Source: Flectonema sp. DT1601 (Eukaryota). From it: a stretch of 64,000 nt of DNA. Shown in pieces: positions 35,948 through 47,800 of this stretch. The notes beneath the pieces were generated by a model. That model did no database searches. It was given only the letters and a program-made list of their open reading frames with translations, and had not been told where the DNA came from. The position numbers were made by a program, and so were the translations under genes. The DNA lies in the NCBI GenBank assembly GCA_964019425.1, contig OZ025804.1, positions 248,001 through 312,000 of the forward strand, read 5' to 3'. How positions within the stretch are numbered: the first letter of the stretch is position 1; each line of letters opens with the position of its first letter.

Positions 35948-37423
35948 ATGCAACTCTCGGTTACGTTCCCAGACACAGGGTTTCCTGACGTTGTTTTCAC
36001 AGCTTCTGGAGAGTCGCGCGTGAAGGATGCATTGCAGGTTGCAGCTGATGAGTGGGGTACCGATGCTGACTTTCTTGAGCTTTCATTCGCAGGATCGCTG
36101 CTTCGAGCAGGTAGTCGACTGGTGTCGCACGGAGTGGAGGACGGCTCGCTGTTGGATGCATCTGTGGTGCGCTTGTTTGGATTGGAATGGTTCACAGATG
36201 ATGCAAAGAGAGCGAAGGCATTCCTACGAGGAGAACGGGATCAGGACGGGTTTTTCTGCCTTGATACTCCCACATTCGCTGTGGATGGCTGTCTTCAGTT
36301 TAGTAACAGAAAGTGGTTCTCGGATGATGTTACGAACCTCTCATTCAGCAACTCTGAACCCTCAGTCACGACCGTTTCGGATGATTTCTTATTCTCATCT
36401 CATAAGGTTATAAAGGTCAGTCTGCCTGGTCTTCAATACGTCACATCTGTTGGTAATAATTTCCTCAGAGATTGCAATTCACTGTTATCTGTAGACTTAT
36501 CAAGTCTCAGCAATGTGTCAGTTGTTGGTGACTATTTTCTTAGTGATTGTTCATCCCTCACATTTGTTAATTTATCAGGTCTCAGCAATGTTTCAGTTGT
36601 TGGAGGCTCTTTTCTAAGAAATTGTTCATCCCTCACATCTGTTAACTTATCAAGTCTCAGCAATGTTTTAGTTGTTGGAGACTATTTTCTTAGCGATTGT
36701 TCATCCCTCACATCTGTTGACTTATCAGGTCTCAGCAATGTTTCGGTTGTTGGAGACTATTTTCTCAGTGCTTGTTCATCCCTCACATCTGTTGACTTAT
36801 CAAGTCTCAGCAACGTTTCAGTTGTTGGAGACTCTTTTTTACATAATTGTTCATCCCTCACATCTGTTGACTTATCAAGTCTCAGCAACGTTTCAGTTGT
36901 TGGAAATTATTTTCTATATTGTTGTTCATCCCTCACATCTGTTAACTTATCAAGTCTCAGCAATGTTTCAGTTATTGGAGACTATTTTTTATATTATTGT
37001 TCATCCCTCACATCTGTCGACTTATCAAGTCTCAGCAATGTTTCAGTTGTTGGAAGCTCTTTTCTAAATAATTGTTCATTACTCACATCTGTTAACTTAC
37101 CAAGTCTCAGCAATGTTTCAGCTGTTGGAGACTATTTTCTATGTAATTGTTCATCCCTCACATCTGTTAACTTGTCAAGTCTCAGCAATGTTTCAGCTAT
37201 TAGAGACTGTTTTCTAAGTAATTGTTCGTCTCTAACATCTGTAAACTTATCAAGTCTCAGCAATGTTTCAGTTGTTGGAAACTTTTTTCTAAGTAATTGT
37301 TCATCACTTACTTCCTTGGATTTAACCCTCGTGAATGTGGAATCCGTTGGAAGTAATTTCCTAGAAGGTTGTTCATCCATTAACAGAGACGAACTGCATA
37401 CGAGCATAAGGAATTTGGAATGA
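35948..37423 (+). CDS. Ubiquitin-like domain plus BspA-like/TpLRR leucine-rich repeat protein, copy 1 (11 near-identical 25-aa units)
   Basis: N-terminal Ubl-like region; 75-bp tandem units encoding LSSLSNVSVVGxxFLxxCSSLTSVD. Confidence 0.85.
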   Translation: MQLSVTFPDTGFPDVVFTASGESRVKDALQVAADEWGTDADFLELSFAGSLLRAGSRLVSHGVEDGSLLDASVVRLFGLEWFTDDAKRAKAFLRGERDQDGFFCLDTPTFAVDGCLQFSNRKWFSDDVTNLSFSNSEPSVTTVSDDFLFSSHKVIKVSLPGLQYVTSVGNNFLRDCNSLLSVDLSSLSNVSVVGDYFLSDCSSLTFVNLSGLSNVSVVGGSFLRNCSSLTSVNLSSLSNVLVVGDYFLSDCSSLTSVDLSGLSNVSVVGDYFLSACSSLTSVDLSSLSNVSVVGDSFLHNCSSLTSVDLSSLSNVSVVGNYFLYCCSSLTSVNLSSLSNVSVIGDYFLYYCSSLTSVDLSSLSNVSVVGSSFLNNCSLLTSVNLPSLSNVSAVGDYFLCNCSSLTSVNLSSLSNVSAIRDCFLSNCSSLTSVNLSSLSNVSVVGNFFLSNCSSLTSLDLTLVNVESVGSNFLEGCSSINRDELHTSIRNLE

Positions 37424-39722
37424 CATAAATCACATAAGTGTTGTTTTTAGTGTGTGTGCGTTGTTCCCTTTGTTTTATTTGAAAGTATTTAATTTATCTT
37501 TTATTTGATGGTGTTTTCAGAAAAGAAGATGTGTGTTCGCTCACACACTCTTAACAAGTGTTTGTTAGTTGGAATTGAATGTTTGATTGCATTGCAGTGT
37601 TCTTATTCCCTTGACTGGGTCATATTCTATCAGACTCCCAACCCCATTTGGTATTCCCACCCGCTCTTCCCCTATCATTTCGTATCGTATCAAACTTCTC
37701 CCTCGTGTCAAACTTCTCCCCGCCAGTGTCCGATCGAATCGAAACGGGCCTGGCACAATCCCTGCGTGTGGAAGTAATCTGCACCCATCCACAGTGTAGA
37801 TACTTCTTTGTGTTGATCTCAGCTTGTTTAGTTAATGCCTTATTCTCTTATCATATTTCCTTCTCAGGTGCAAACAGTGATGGAAAGCTTATTACCGAAA
37901 TCTTCTCTTTTGTAAACCTTTAAGTAGACTTTAATATAGTATTCTGAAAAGGAAGAGTTTTAGAATTAACTGTCATCTGGCTTACCGACTAAAACATCCT
38001 AGTCTCAGCAGGATGTAATTAGGATCTTAGTAGAGAACATCTTATATTGGAGTTACACAGCTGTGTTACATAGTTCACGTTATGTTTTCATTAGTCACTA
38101 TACCTCGACATTAAAAGGTATTTTAATGACAATTTCCTCCTCCTCGATTGGCGCAGCCATTCATTTTGATCATTTAGTTAGTTTTTCACAAGCAATGGTG
38201 TGAATAAAGAAACAATGCAATCTTTGTTGTCAGACATATCGTTGATGGTGACTCGGCCTACTAACTGAAATATGCAATAGCCTTAGCAAGATGTAATTAG
38301 GACCCAAATAATTAACATAAATGCGATCGAAATAGAACAGTCACCTCCACTAAAACGATAAACAACGACCGTGTTATTTATATAAAAGAGATAATTGTAA
38401 ACATTCCTCCTTGAAATGTGGTGATCAATTGAAAAAAAAAGAAAAGTACAAACGTTAGGAATGCCTTACTGAATTCACTGTTCACAACATGAAATGACAC
38501 AAGAACTCCATAAAGCAAGTTGACAGTTTTACCGACAAAGTCACTAAATTATGTCGGGCACTGCTAAAAGTGTAAGATAGGATAAAGCTAAAATCTTAAA
38601 TGGATGGTTGAATTTGAATTGAACTTAGGAAGGGAAACAGTAAAATGCATTGTAACTTTTGTAATAATAATATTCCACAAACTACTTTTTAGTGTCACAG
38701 TGGGACAGTCTTCATCATCAGTTGTTTGCAACTAATCAGAAATATGACTACGGAAGAACGGTGTCGAAAGAAAGACAATTCAGCAGTACTACAAGGTCAA
38801 CTGAAGGGGATGACCTATAGAATCTGTTGCTTTGATAAGAGAGTTGGGTATGCGAAATTAAAGAAGAAATGACAACACATTGGTAACGTCATTTGAAATT
38901 GCCAAGCAAATCGATTATTAAAAAGTGTAAATCGATAATCTCTGACGACACTCGAATTACTGATCAATTATATCAGCATCAGGTATCACAATGGCATATT
39001 CAAAACAGAAGAATTCTATAAATAATTTAGGGGAACATTGATAATCAATTTCAGTATCATTTCATACAAAAAGGGTCTAACAACTCGGTTGGTATTCAAC
39101 AAAGATGACAATCACGAGTGTCGCATGTTGATCTGTTGTACAGAAGGCGGATTCCACTTTCCAATAACAGAAAAATAACAAGAAAAAGGAAACCCAAAGT
39201 TTGTTTCTCAAAAGGAATGATTGACGAAAATCCGATACTGCCGACGACACTACGAAAGATGTGAAGTTCAAAAGGAACAGAAGTCAGAAGAGTCTGAAGA
39301 TATCTCTTAACCTAAGTTATGATTCCCAAATAGGATTATTGGTATGAAGAATTCCCAACTACAATGCACACGCAGCTAGCGGAAGGACTTCATAGTTAAT
39401 ACGGTATTCTACATTTTCGAACTCTAATTCAAACTTGTCACCGCAATCACTGTGTTGTTTAGCTGAAGTAAGTCAGCCGCTGTTTGCTTTTGATTTGTCT
39501 GTTTCATCTTTTAAAGCGAACATTAATTATCACTTTTTACTTAACAGCGAAGATGACATTATCAGAACCCCCAGTGGCATTTAATCTCAATAGGTTGAGA
39601 CTAAATTATGCAACAAAAAAAAGAAAGTCTATTTGAAGAAATTTGTTTTTGCACGTTCTTTAATCTCATCATACTCCAAGCCATTCATCATCACATTTCG
39701 TAGGTTACTCAGGCGAGTTAAA

Positions 39723-40892
39723 ATGCAACTCTCGGTTACGTTCCCAGACACAGGGTTTCCTGACGTTGTTTTCACAGCTTCTGGAGAGTCGCTCGTGAAG
39801 GATGCATTGCAGGTTGCAGCTGATGAGTGGGGTACCGATGCTGACTTTCTTGAGCTTTCATTCGCAGGATCGCTGCTTCGAGCAGGTAGTCGACTGGTGT
39901 CGCACGGAGTGGAGGACGGCTCGCTGTTGGATGCATCTGTGGTGCGCTTGTTTGGATTGGAATGGTTCACAGATGATGCAAAGAGAGCGAAGGCATTCCT
40001 ACGAGAACGGGATCAGGACGGGTTTTTCTGCCTTGATACTCCCACATTCGCTGTGGATGGCTGTCTTCAGTTTAGTAACAGAAAGTGGTTCTCGGATGAT
40101 GTTACGAACATCTCATTCAGCAACTCTGAACCCTCAGTCACGACCGTTTCGGATGATTTCTTATACTCATCTTGTAAGGTTATAAAGGTCAGTCTGCCTG
40201 GTCTTCAATACGTCACATCTGTTGGAATTAATTTCCTCAAACATTGCTATTCACTGTCATCCGTAGACTTATCAAGTCTCAGCAATATTTCAGTTGTTGG
40301 AGACTATTTTCTAAGTAATTGTTCATCCCTCACATCTCTGGACTTGTCAAGTCTCAGCAATGTTTTAGCTGTTAGAGACTCATTTCTATATAATTGTTCA
40401 TCCCTCACATCTCTGGACTTAAGTCTCAGCAATGTTTTAGCTGTTGGAAATTATTTTCTAAGTAATTGTTCATCCCTCACATCTGTTGACTTATCAAGTC
40501 TGAACAATGTTTCAGTTGTTGGAGATTGTTTTCTAAGTAATTGTTCATCCCTCACTTCTGTTGACTTATCAGGTCTCAGCAATGTTTCAGTTGTTGGAAA
40601 TTATTTTCTGTATGCTTGTCTGTCCCTCACATCTGTTGACTTATCAAGTCTCAGCAATGTTTCAGTTGTTGGAGATTGTTTTCTAAGTGATTGTTCATCC
40701 CTCACATCTCTGGACTTATCAAGTCTCAGCAATTCTTCAACTGTTGGAGACTGTTTTCTATTTAATTGTTCATCACTTACTTCCTTGGATTTAACCCTCG
40801 TGAATGTGGAATCCGTTGGAAGAAATTTCCTAGAAGGTTGTTCATCCATTAACAGAGACGAACTGCATACGAGCATAAGGAATTTGAAATGA
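39723..40892 (+). CDS. Ubl-LRR protein, copy 2 (7 units)
   Basis: Near-identical N- and C-termini to copy 1 with four fewer repeat units. Confidence 0.85.
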   Translation: MQLSVTFPDTGFPDVVFTASGESLVKDALQVAADEWGTDADFLELSFAGSLLRAGSRLVSHGVEDGSLLDASVVRLFGLEWFTDDAKRAKAFLRERDQDGFFCLDTPTFAVDGCLQFSNRKWFSDDVTNISFSNSEPSVTTVSDDFLYSSCKVIKVSLPGLQYVTSVGINFLKHCYSLSSVDLSSLSNISVVGDYFLSNCSSLTSLDLSSLSNVLAVRDSFLYNCSSLTSLDLSLSNVLAVGNYFLSNCSSLTSVDLSSLNNVSVVGDCFLSNCSSLTSVDLSGLSNVSVVGNYFLYACLSLTSVDLSSLSNVSVVGDCFLSDCSSLTSLDLSSLSNSSTVGDCFLFNCSSLTSLDLTLVNVESVGRNFLEGCSSINRDELHTSIRNLK

Positions 40893-41800
40893 CATAAATC
40901 ACATCAGTGTTGTTTTTAGTGTGTGCGTTGTTCCCTTTGTTTTATTGCAAAGTATTTAATTTATCTTTTATTTGTTGGTGTTTTCAGAAAAGAAGATGTG
41001 TGTTCGCTCACACACTCTTAACAAGTGTTTGTTAGTTGGAATTGAATATTTGATTGCATTGCAGTGTTCTTATTCCCTTGACTAGGTCATATTCTATCAG
41101 ACTCCCAACCCCATTTGGTATTCCCACCCGCTCTTCCCCTATCATTTCGTATCGTATCAAACGTCCCCCCGCCAGTGTCCGATCGAATCGAAACGGGCCT
41201 GACACATTCCCTGCTCGAGTGGAAGTAATCTGCACCCATCCACAGTGTAGATACTTCTTTGTGTTGATCTCAGCTTGTTTAGTTAATGCCTTATTCTCTT
41301 ATCATATTTCCTTCTCAGGTGCAAACAGTGATGGAAAGCGAATTACCGAAATCTTCTCTTTTGAGAACCTTTTGAAACTCTTTTACTGTGCCGCGTCACC
41401 GCAATCACTGTGTTGTTTAGCTAAAGTCAGCCACTGTTTGTTTTTTGATTTGTCTGTTTCATCTTTTAAAGCGAAACTTAATTATCATTTTTTACTTAAT
41501 AGCGAATCTGCTTGTTTAGGTTAGTTCCGGGTCCAGCAAGCGAAGCCTTGTCAATGCCAAGGTGACCCTTTGAAGGGTCTACTGTTCGCACGGGTACATG
41601 TAGTTCTGTGTTTGGAAACTTGTTTGTGATCTATTCCTGCATACCTTTTAATAATCGCATCATTTTCGTCAGGTGTTCCCCAGGTATACTTTTGCATTGT
41701 TAGTGATTAGATATTGTGTGTACAATTAGTTGATCTTCTGTGAAACGTGTCTCTTTGTTTTTTATTTTTCACTCACACCCAGATCACTACTTACAAAAAA

Positions 41801-44800
41801 ATGCCACGAGGGGGTTACTTTGAAGACACGGAGGTCTTCGATGAAGGTTACGACATGGCTCCAAAGGAGTCGAAGGAAGATGATTTTGGCCTTGGGGATC
41901 ACTCTCACAAGGCATCTTTTAAATCAAGGGGTGCTAGAAGAAGATCAAGCAGCCCTGCTGGGAGTCCAAAATCGAGTCCAGCTAGTCCAAAGTCAAGTGC
42001 CGCTGACTCTGGGTATCTAACTCAGCCTTCAGCAAACTCCGGATTTATGGATGAAATGGATGAGGGTTTGATTGCAGTGGAGAACAATGAAGAACCACCA
42101 ACTAAGGAAAAGAAATCCAAGTGCAAAAGCTACACCGCATGTGCCGTTATCATTTTATTGATCTGCACCTTGCTGGTAGTGTTTGTTTTCTTGAGAAGTG
42201 ATGATGATGACTCATCTGCTGATGAAACAACGTCACCGGCTATGAAAACTCCTCTTCCAGCGGGAACACCTACTCCAGCTCCAGGTCCTCATACGAGAGC
42301 ACCTGGTAGTGGTCCTTACTATTCGAAGAAATCGCAGTCCAAGGAGTTCGCGGGTGTAAAGAACGTTGCAACGTCCGGTAACTTAGTCTACGCTGCGAAG
42401 GGAACAGATGGGTTGTATATTTTAAACATTGAAACCTTTGCCAACGTGGGTTATCTTGCGATCAGAGCTGAAGAAATTGCAGTCAGCGAAGACGGAAAGA
42501 CTGTGGTCGTTACCGACAGCAGTGCTGGAAGTGTTCACATCATTGATGTTTCAAACCCAGCAGCACCGGCGCGTGTGAATAGCATCCTTACTGGTGCCAG
42601 AAACGAAGAAAATATGAATGATGCGTTGACCCTGCAGATCTACGACAATACGCTTTACATCTCTGATGAGGCTACGGGATTACAGATTTATGATATCGAA
42701 ACCCCATCGAAACCAAATCGTCATGTTTTGAAGTTTGGAAAGTCTGTCGGCACACCAGTTGACACATTCGTAGGAACCGATGGTATTGCTTACGTCCTGA
42801 GAGATGGACATTTATCGAGTCTTGACATTTCAGTAAAGACTAACCCGTTGGTTGTTTCACCTCCTGCTGAAATCTATGCTAGGGGTGTGGACGTTGCCGT
42901 TAAGGTGACTGGCACAAAGAAGATTGCATACATTATTGATGAGATAGGTCAGCTTCATGTTGTAAATGTGTCTAATCTAACTGCCTTAGTTGTTGATGTA
43001 GCAATTGACTTTACTGGACATGATGGAGATAAGGTTATCTCAGCAGTTGATACCCCTGCACCGGGTTCTGCACCTGTTGGTCCTGTGAAATCGAAGCCAC
43101 ATTGTCATACTTTTCCTGTTTCTCATGGAGCTCTTATGGCATGCAACGGACAATTACAACTTGTCGGTATTGAAGAGAGCGGTAATGTAGATGACGGTGA
43201 ACTCTCCGTAACGATTTTAGAGCCAACAGATGTCCTGTCGTTTCATGTTGTTGGTGACAAGCTGTACGTCGTGAAGACTGATGGGCTTGCACTCTTTGAG
43301 TGGATTAATGACAGCACTACTTCGAGAGGTGTGGCTACTGCAGGAACCGGAACAACCCCTTCGGGACCAAACTCGCCTTCCCAAACTGCGACTGACCCTG
43401 ATGACATTTCTCATCTGAAACCAGTCTTTATGAAGTTATTCAAGCACCTTTCTAATATTGATATTAACTTAGCCGACTACGGTTTAGGACAAACAGATCT
43501 TCCAAGTCCAATTGATGCCAAGAATCTTGTTCCGGGTCTTAAGGGATTGGTGCAGATGACCAGTTCGGTAGAAAGATATTTCGATCTGTTTAGTGGTCAC
43601 TTGCAGGGAGTGCCTACCTTGGATGGGCTTGCGGAAGTTATCCAAAACAATATTCCAATGCCGTCATCTGAGTTTGATCTTCAGCCTTCTGACGTTTCCG
43701 GAGGTACTTTTGATGTCCTTGATGATGAGTTGATTGTAAAATTACAACTGAGCTGCAACACTCACAAGTCCAACCTACTCCTGTTTTTTGCTGAACAAAT
43801 CCAGGGAGTATTAAAGGACATTAGTGGTCTTGACGCTCTATTTGACTTTATTGGTACCGCAAGCATGGCCATTCCAGTTCCAGACTTGTCAGACAAGGTT
43901 CATTTTGAAGCGAATGCGCTTTTGGATGTTGCCATTGGTATCAACATTTCTGATATTGCCGCGACCCGCAAAATGAGTACTGCTGACCTATTGGACAGAG
44001 CGTTCTTGAGAATTAACATGTACGAGGCAGGAATTAAGGTCACGATCGACCCTCTGGAATTTGATTTTGATGAGGTAGCTGTGAAGGATGGTATCTTTTC
44101 ACTGGCTTTAGGTGTGAAGCCAAATACTACTCAGTTTGCTTCGCCAGCAACTTTTTCATTTGCTGATCTCGAAAATATGGCGATGTCTGACCTCTTGTTC
44201 CATCAGGTGTCACCAAAGCCGTACGCAAGCTTGAACATCGAGCTTCCTGTTCAGTTTAAGGACACTGTTGCTCCAAGTGGAGCTGTTTTTACTCCAATCA
44301 TTGAACTTCGTGATTCTGACTTATTGGATGGCAAATTCCACATTTTTGACCTCGATGTGGATCTGACCTATTTTCTGGAAAACGGTTTCATTAGTAAAAT
44401 TACTGACTCTCTTGATTCCATTGTATCGAGCATCACAAGCTCCGGAGACCAGAATCTGATTAACAAAGTCGCGTCAACGATGAGCGATGATCTTCTTCAT
44501 GGAATCGACGGTCGCGTGAACTTCACGTCAACTCTCGATAAGTACGTCTCTCTGCTTTCAAAGTACCGTAAGATGTCTGGTGATTACTCACCTGCCTTGA
44601 AATTGGATACTTCAGCAGGTGTCGGGCTTGCGCAGTCCGACCAATTTCAGAACACGCTCTTGAAGGCCATGGGCTTAAATCCGAAGACTGACAAGTTATC
44701 AGAAAAGTTCAGTGAAATTCAGGTTCACCTGGGCCTTGCAGCGGATCTCGCATCAGCCGACCCAGACTTTGGCTTTGAAAAACTTGGTGAGTATCTCGCA

Positions 44801-47800
44801 TTGAAGCCGGAATACGCCCTGACTAGATCAAACGCACATGCTATTTTGAAGTTGTTACCTGACAGCATAAAGAGCAAGTTCGCCTTCAGCAATCCTGTTG
44901 GATTCCCTATTGATTCTTTGGGAAATTCTTTTGACCCAACGAACAGCGCATACCTACCAGACATCTCATCAGTTCTTGGTGCTAACGGAACCTTTTCCAT
45001 CATGGGATTAGCTGGTAAGCTGGCTGGTATCACGCAAACTTTTGGAAAGAACGATGAATTTCAGATGGCGCTATTCGACTTATTAAAGGGTCGCTTTCCT
45101 TCGGTGTTATCTCGTTTTGAAACCAACGCGACTACTCTGTTCCCAACCAATCTTCTTACTGGAGATAAATTTGACTGGTCGAACTACCTTCAGGAAGTGT
45201 CCACTGTCTTGGGAATGGGAACAACAGGTATTGAATTGGCTGATGATTTGAAAACTATTTTCGGAAAAACACCAACAGTTCAGGGACTTATGTCGTTTAT
45301 TAAAAACATCTTCGCCGACACCATGAGCGACTACTTCGGCAATAATTTGTGTGCCCATCTGCCATTTGAGTTCGAAGGAAGAATCGTCAGCAAGAATGGC
45401 GCGAGGTACCTTATGATTGAACTGGTTCTCGACTTCACTATTCCAAACCTTGTGTCAGGTTCCCTCGTAAACCCTTCACTTGACTTTGCTTTGGAGAAGT
45501 TGGGTCTCAAGGAGTTGGAGTCAACTATTGAGGGAGCTTTTTCTCTACTCCCTGACGGCACCAGAATCGCCGCTGATTTATTCCTGAATGTTGAGGCAGG
45601 AGTAACTTTGGATCCAATTTTGAATGTAGGAACGGGAGGAGCTATTGGCCTGCCAGAGATATTCCTTAATGTCTCAAAGATGGAAGTTCTGTCGGAAGTT
45701 TCAACAAAGGATCTGTCTGCATCATTGGACTTCGGACCAGGACTTAGCTTTAGTGTCGAGAACGCGTCATTTGCGATTTCTTTCGATTTGGTTGCAGACA
45801 TCGATACTGACCACCCGTTTGTTGTTATCAGTGAAAAGGATGGATTGAAATTCTCATTGAGCTCTCTTTGGGATGCCGTTAAGTTAACATCTGACGTGAA
45901 GGTGAATGTTCCAGTTAAACTTCCAATTCTTCCATCTCCTGTTGTTGTCTCTCTCACTGATGACAACCTGTTCGATGATGTCTCACCAAAATTGCGTGTT
46001 ACATCTGAGGACTTCCCTGTTGCCGTGTCTCTTAGTCAATCTTCAGAAGTTGGAGCACTTGCTACTGATGTTGTAATTGACTTCGAGCTTGAAACAACTA
46101 CCGGATTAGTTTCTGTTCCTTTCGTACTTGATAGCAAGACTGCGTTTACCGCTGACGCAATTGAAGATACTTTTATCATGTTCAACGAGTCTCTACCTGA
46201 CTCATGTCCTTTGAATATCATTTCAACTGTTATGAACCTGCTCAAACCTGACCAGAAATTATTAACAATCGGTGGAGTCTCTACCGTTGCCAACAGAACT
46301 ATTAAGATTGACGTACTGAATGTTGATCCATGTGTTATGGCATCAAAGGATTCTACTGAACCATTTTTGGAGTTAGCCGTTCACGCAACTGATGTTCTTG
46401 ATGTTAACTTCTTAGCGATTGAGGGATTACGTTTAGAAGCCGCTGGTTACTTTTCATCAACCACAAAGGATAGAGCTATTGAGCTTTTGGCACTTGGTTC
46501 CACATTCTGGAATGGAAGCATTGAAGCAAACACAACTGTCTTTGGTATCGCTTGCAGTGCAAAGGCAGAGATGGACACAACTTGGGGACTTGCTAACTTG
46601 GTAGCTGATTGTACTCTTCACCAGAAGTTCTTCACCCTGTCAGCAGAGATTGGATACACAGCTGACAAGTGTTCTGCCTCGAACTTTGGTGTCGTAGGTT
46701 TAGAAATCCCATCGGTTGCAATGATTGCTGACGGTGAGATCAAACAGAGGGCCTCGTGCGGTCTCGACAACGAACCTGAGTACGACATCGCAGTCTCAGC
46801 CAGTGACACCACGTTTCATGGAGTCACCATTATCTCTCCTGAGTTCACTCTTTCACAAACAGCTGTAAACACGTCGGGAACTGTTTCTAGAGTTTGGTCA
46901 GGTATGGCCAGTGGAGGTATCTCTATTAGTGCGCAGGCCACAATGACCGCAAAGCTGACATTTGATGAAAACGAAGTTAAAACTTTTGACGCCTCAGGAA
47001 CATTCGATCTGGGACCGATCTCCGCATCTATTAATGCTTCTATTGCTGGCGGTGTTATTACTGGGTCTGGTTTGTTTGATGTAGACTTGCAGAATGGAAT
47101 TATCTCAAAGATGTCTGCTCAGTTCGAACATGTGTCAACGTACGATGCGATGAACGCTCACCTCCCACTGTGGTCTGTGAATGGATCCATTTCACAGTTA
47201 GATATCCACGGCATCGCACTTGACTCCGCAACTGTTGATTTCGTAGGAATGTACACAAACTCTTCAAATGTTTCATGGACTGGAACAGTAACAGCAGAAG
47301 GTCACTTTTTAGATAACTCTCGCGCTGAATTCCGTGCCGAAATTGAGAACGATGAATTCTCATCCTTGTGGGCAAATATTACTGTTATGGGATCAAACAT
47401 TAGATTCTCTGGTGAGGCTGAGATCACAAGTGAACATCAAAACAACAAGTGTGCTGCTGTAGAGGCTGAAGGAGCTTTATATATCACAGGATTGGCTAAG
47501 AATTCGACAATCAACTTTGAGGCAACTTCTCTGTACAATGGTTGCGCTGTTGCTGGAGAAGTTCTGTACTCAATGGAAGCAACTGTTGTATCGACTGTTG
47601 ATATCTTTCCAGGATTCAGTGTTTCCGACTTGGCTGTTGATGTTGAGACTCGTGTCCCAGCAACTCCACAAGCAGGAAATGATTGGAAGGCATCCATTCA
47701 AGGAACTGCTAACTTGTTTGGTGCGTCCTCCCACGCTTCTTTGGAGTGGGAGAACGGCAGAGTAACGATGGCTCATCTCGACACTGCTTTCACAACAGCG

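Larger units (their letters stand above)
35659..41505 (+). repeat. Segmental duplication carrying the Ubl-LRR gene: units 35659-37920 and 39432-41371, plus a third 5' stub at 41395-41505
   Basis: All three start with GTCACCGCAATCACTGTGTTGTTTAGCT; the two full units share near-identical flanks. Confidence 0.9.

Noticed and set aside
36430..37310. Regular 75-bp repeats resembling a CRISPR array
   Set aside because: In-frame LRR coding repeats without unique spacers; eukaryotic context and no cas genes.
37921..39431. AT-rich segment that might be a decayed transposon ORF
   Set aside because: Stops in all frames and no recognisable motif or termini; left unassigned.
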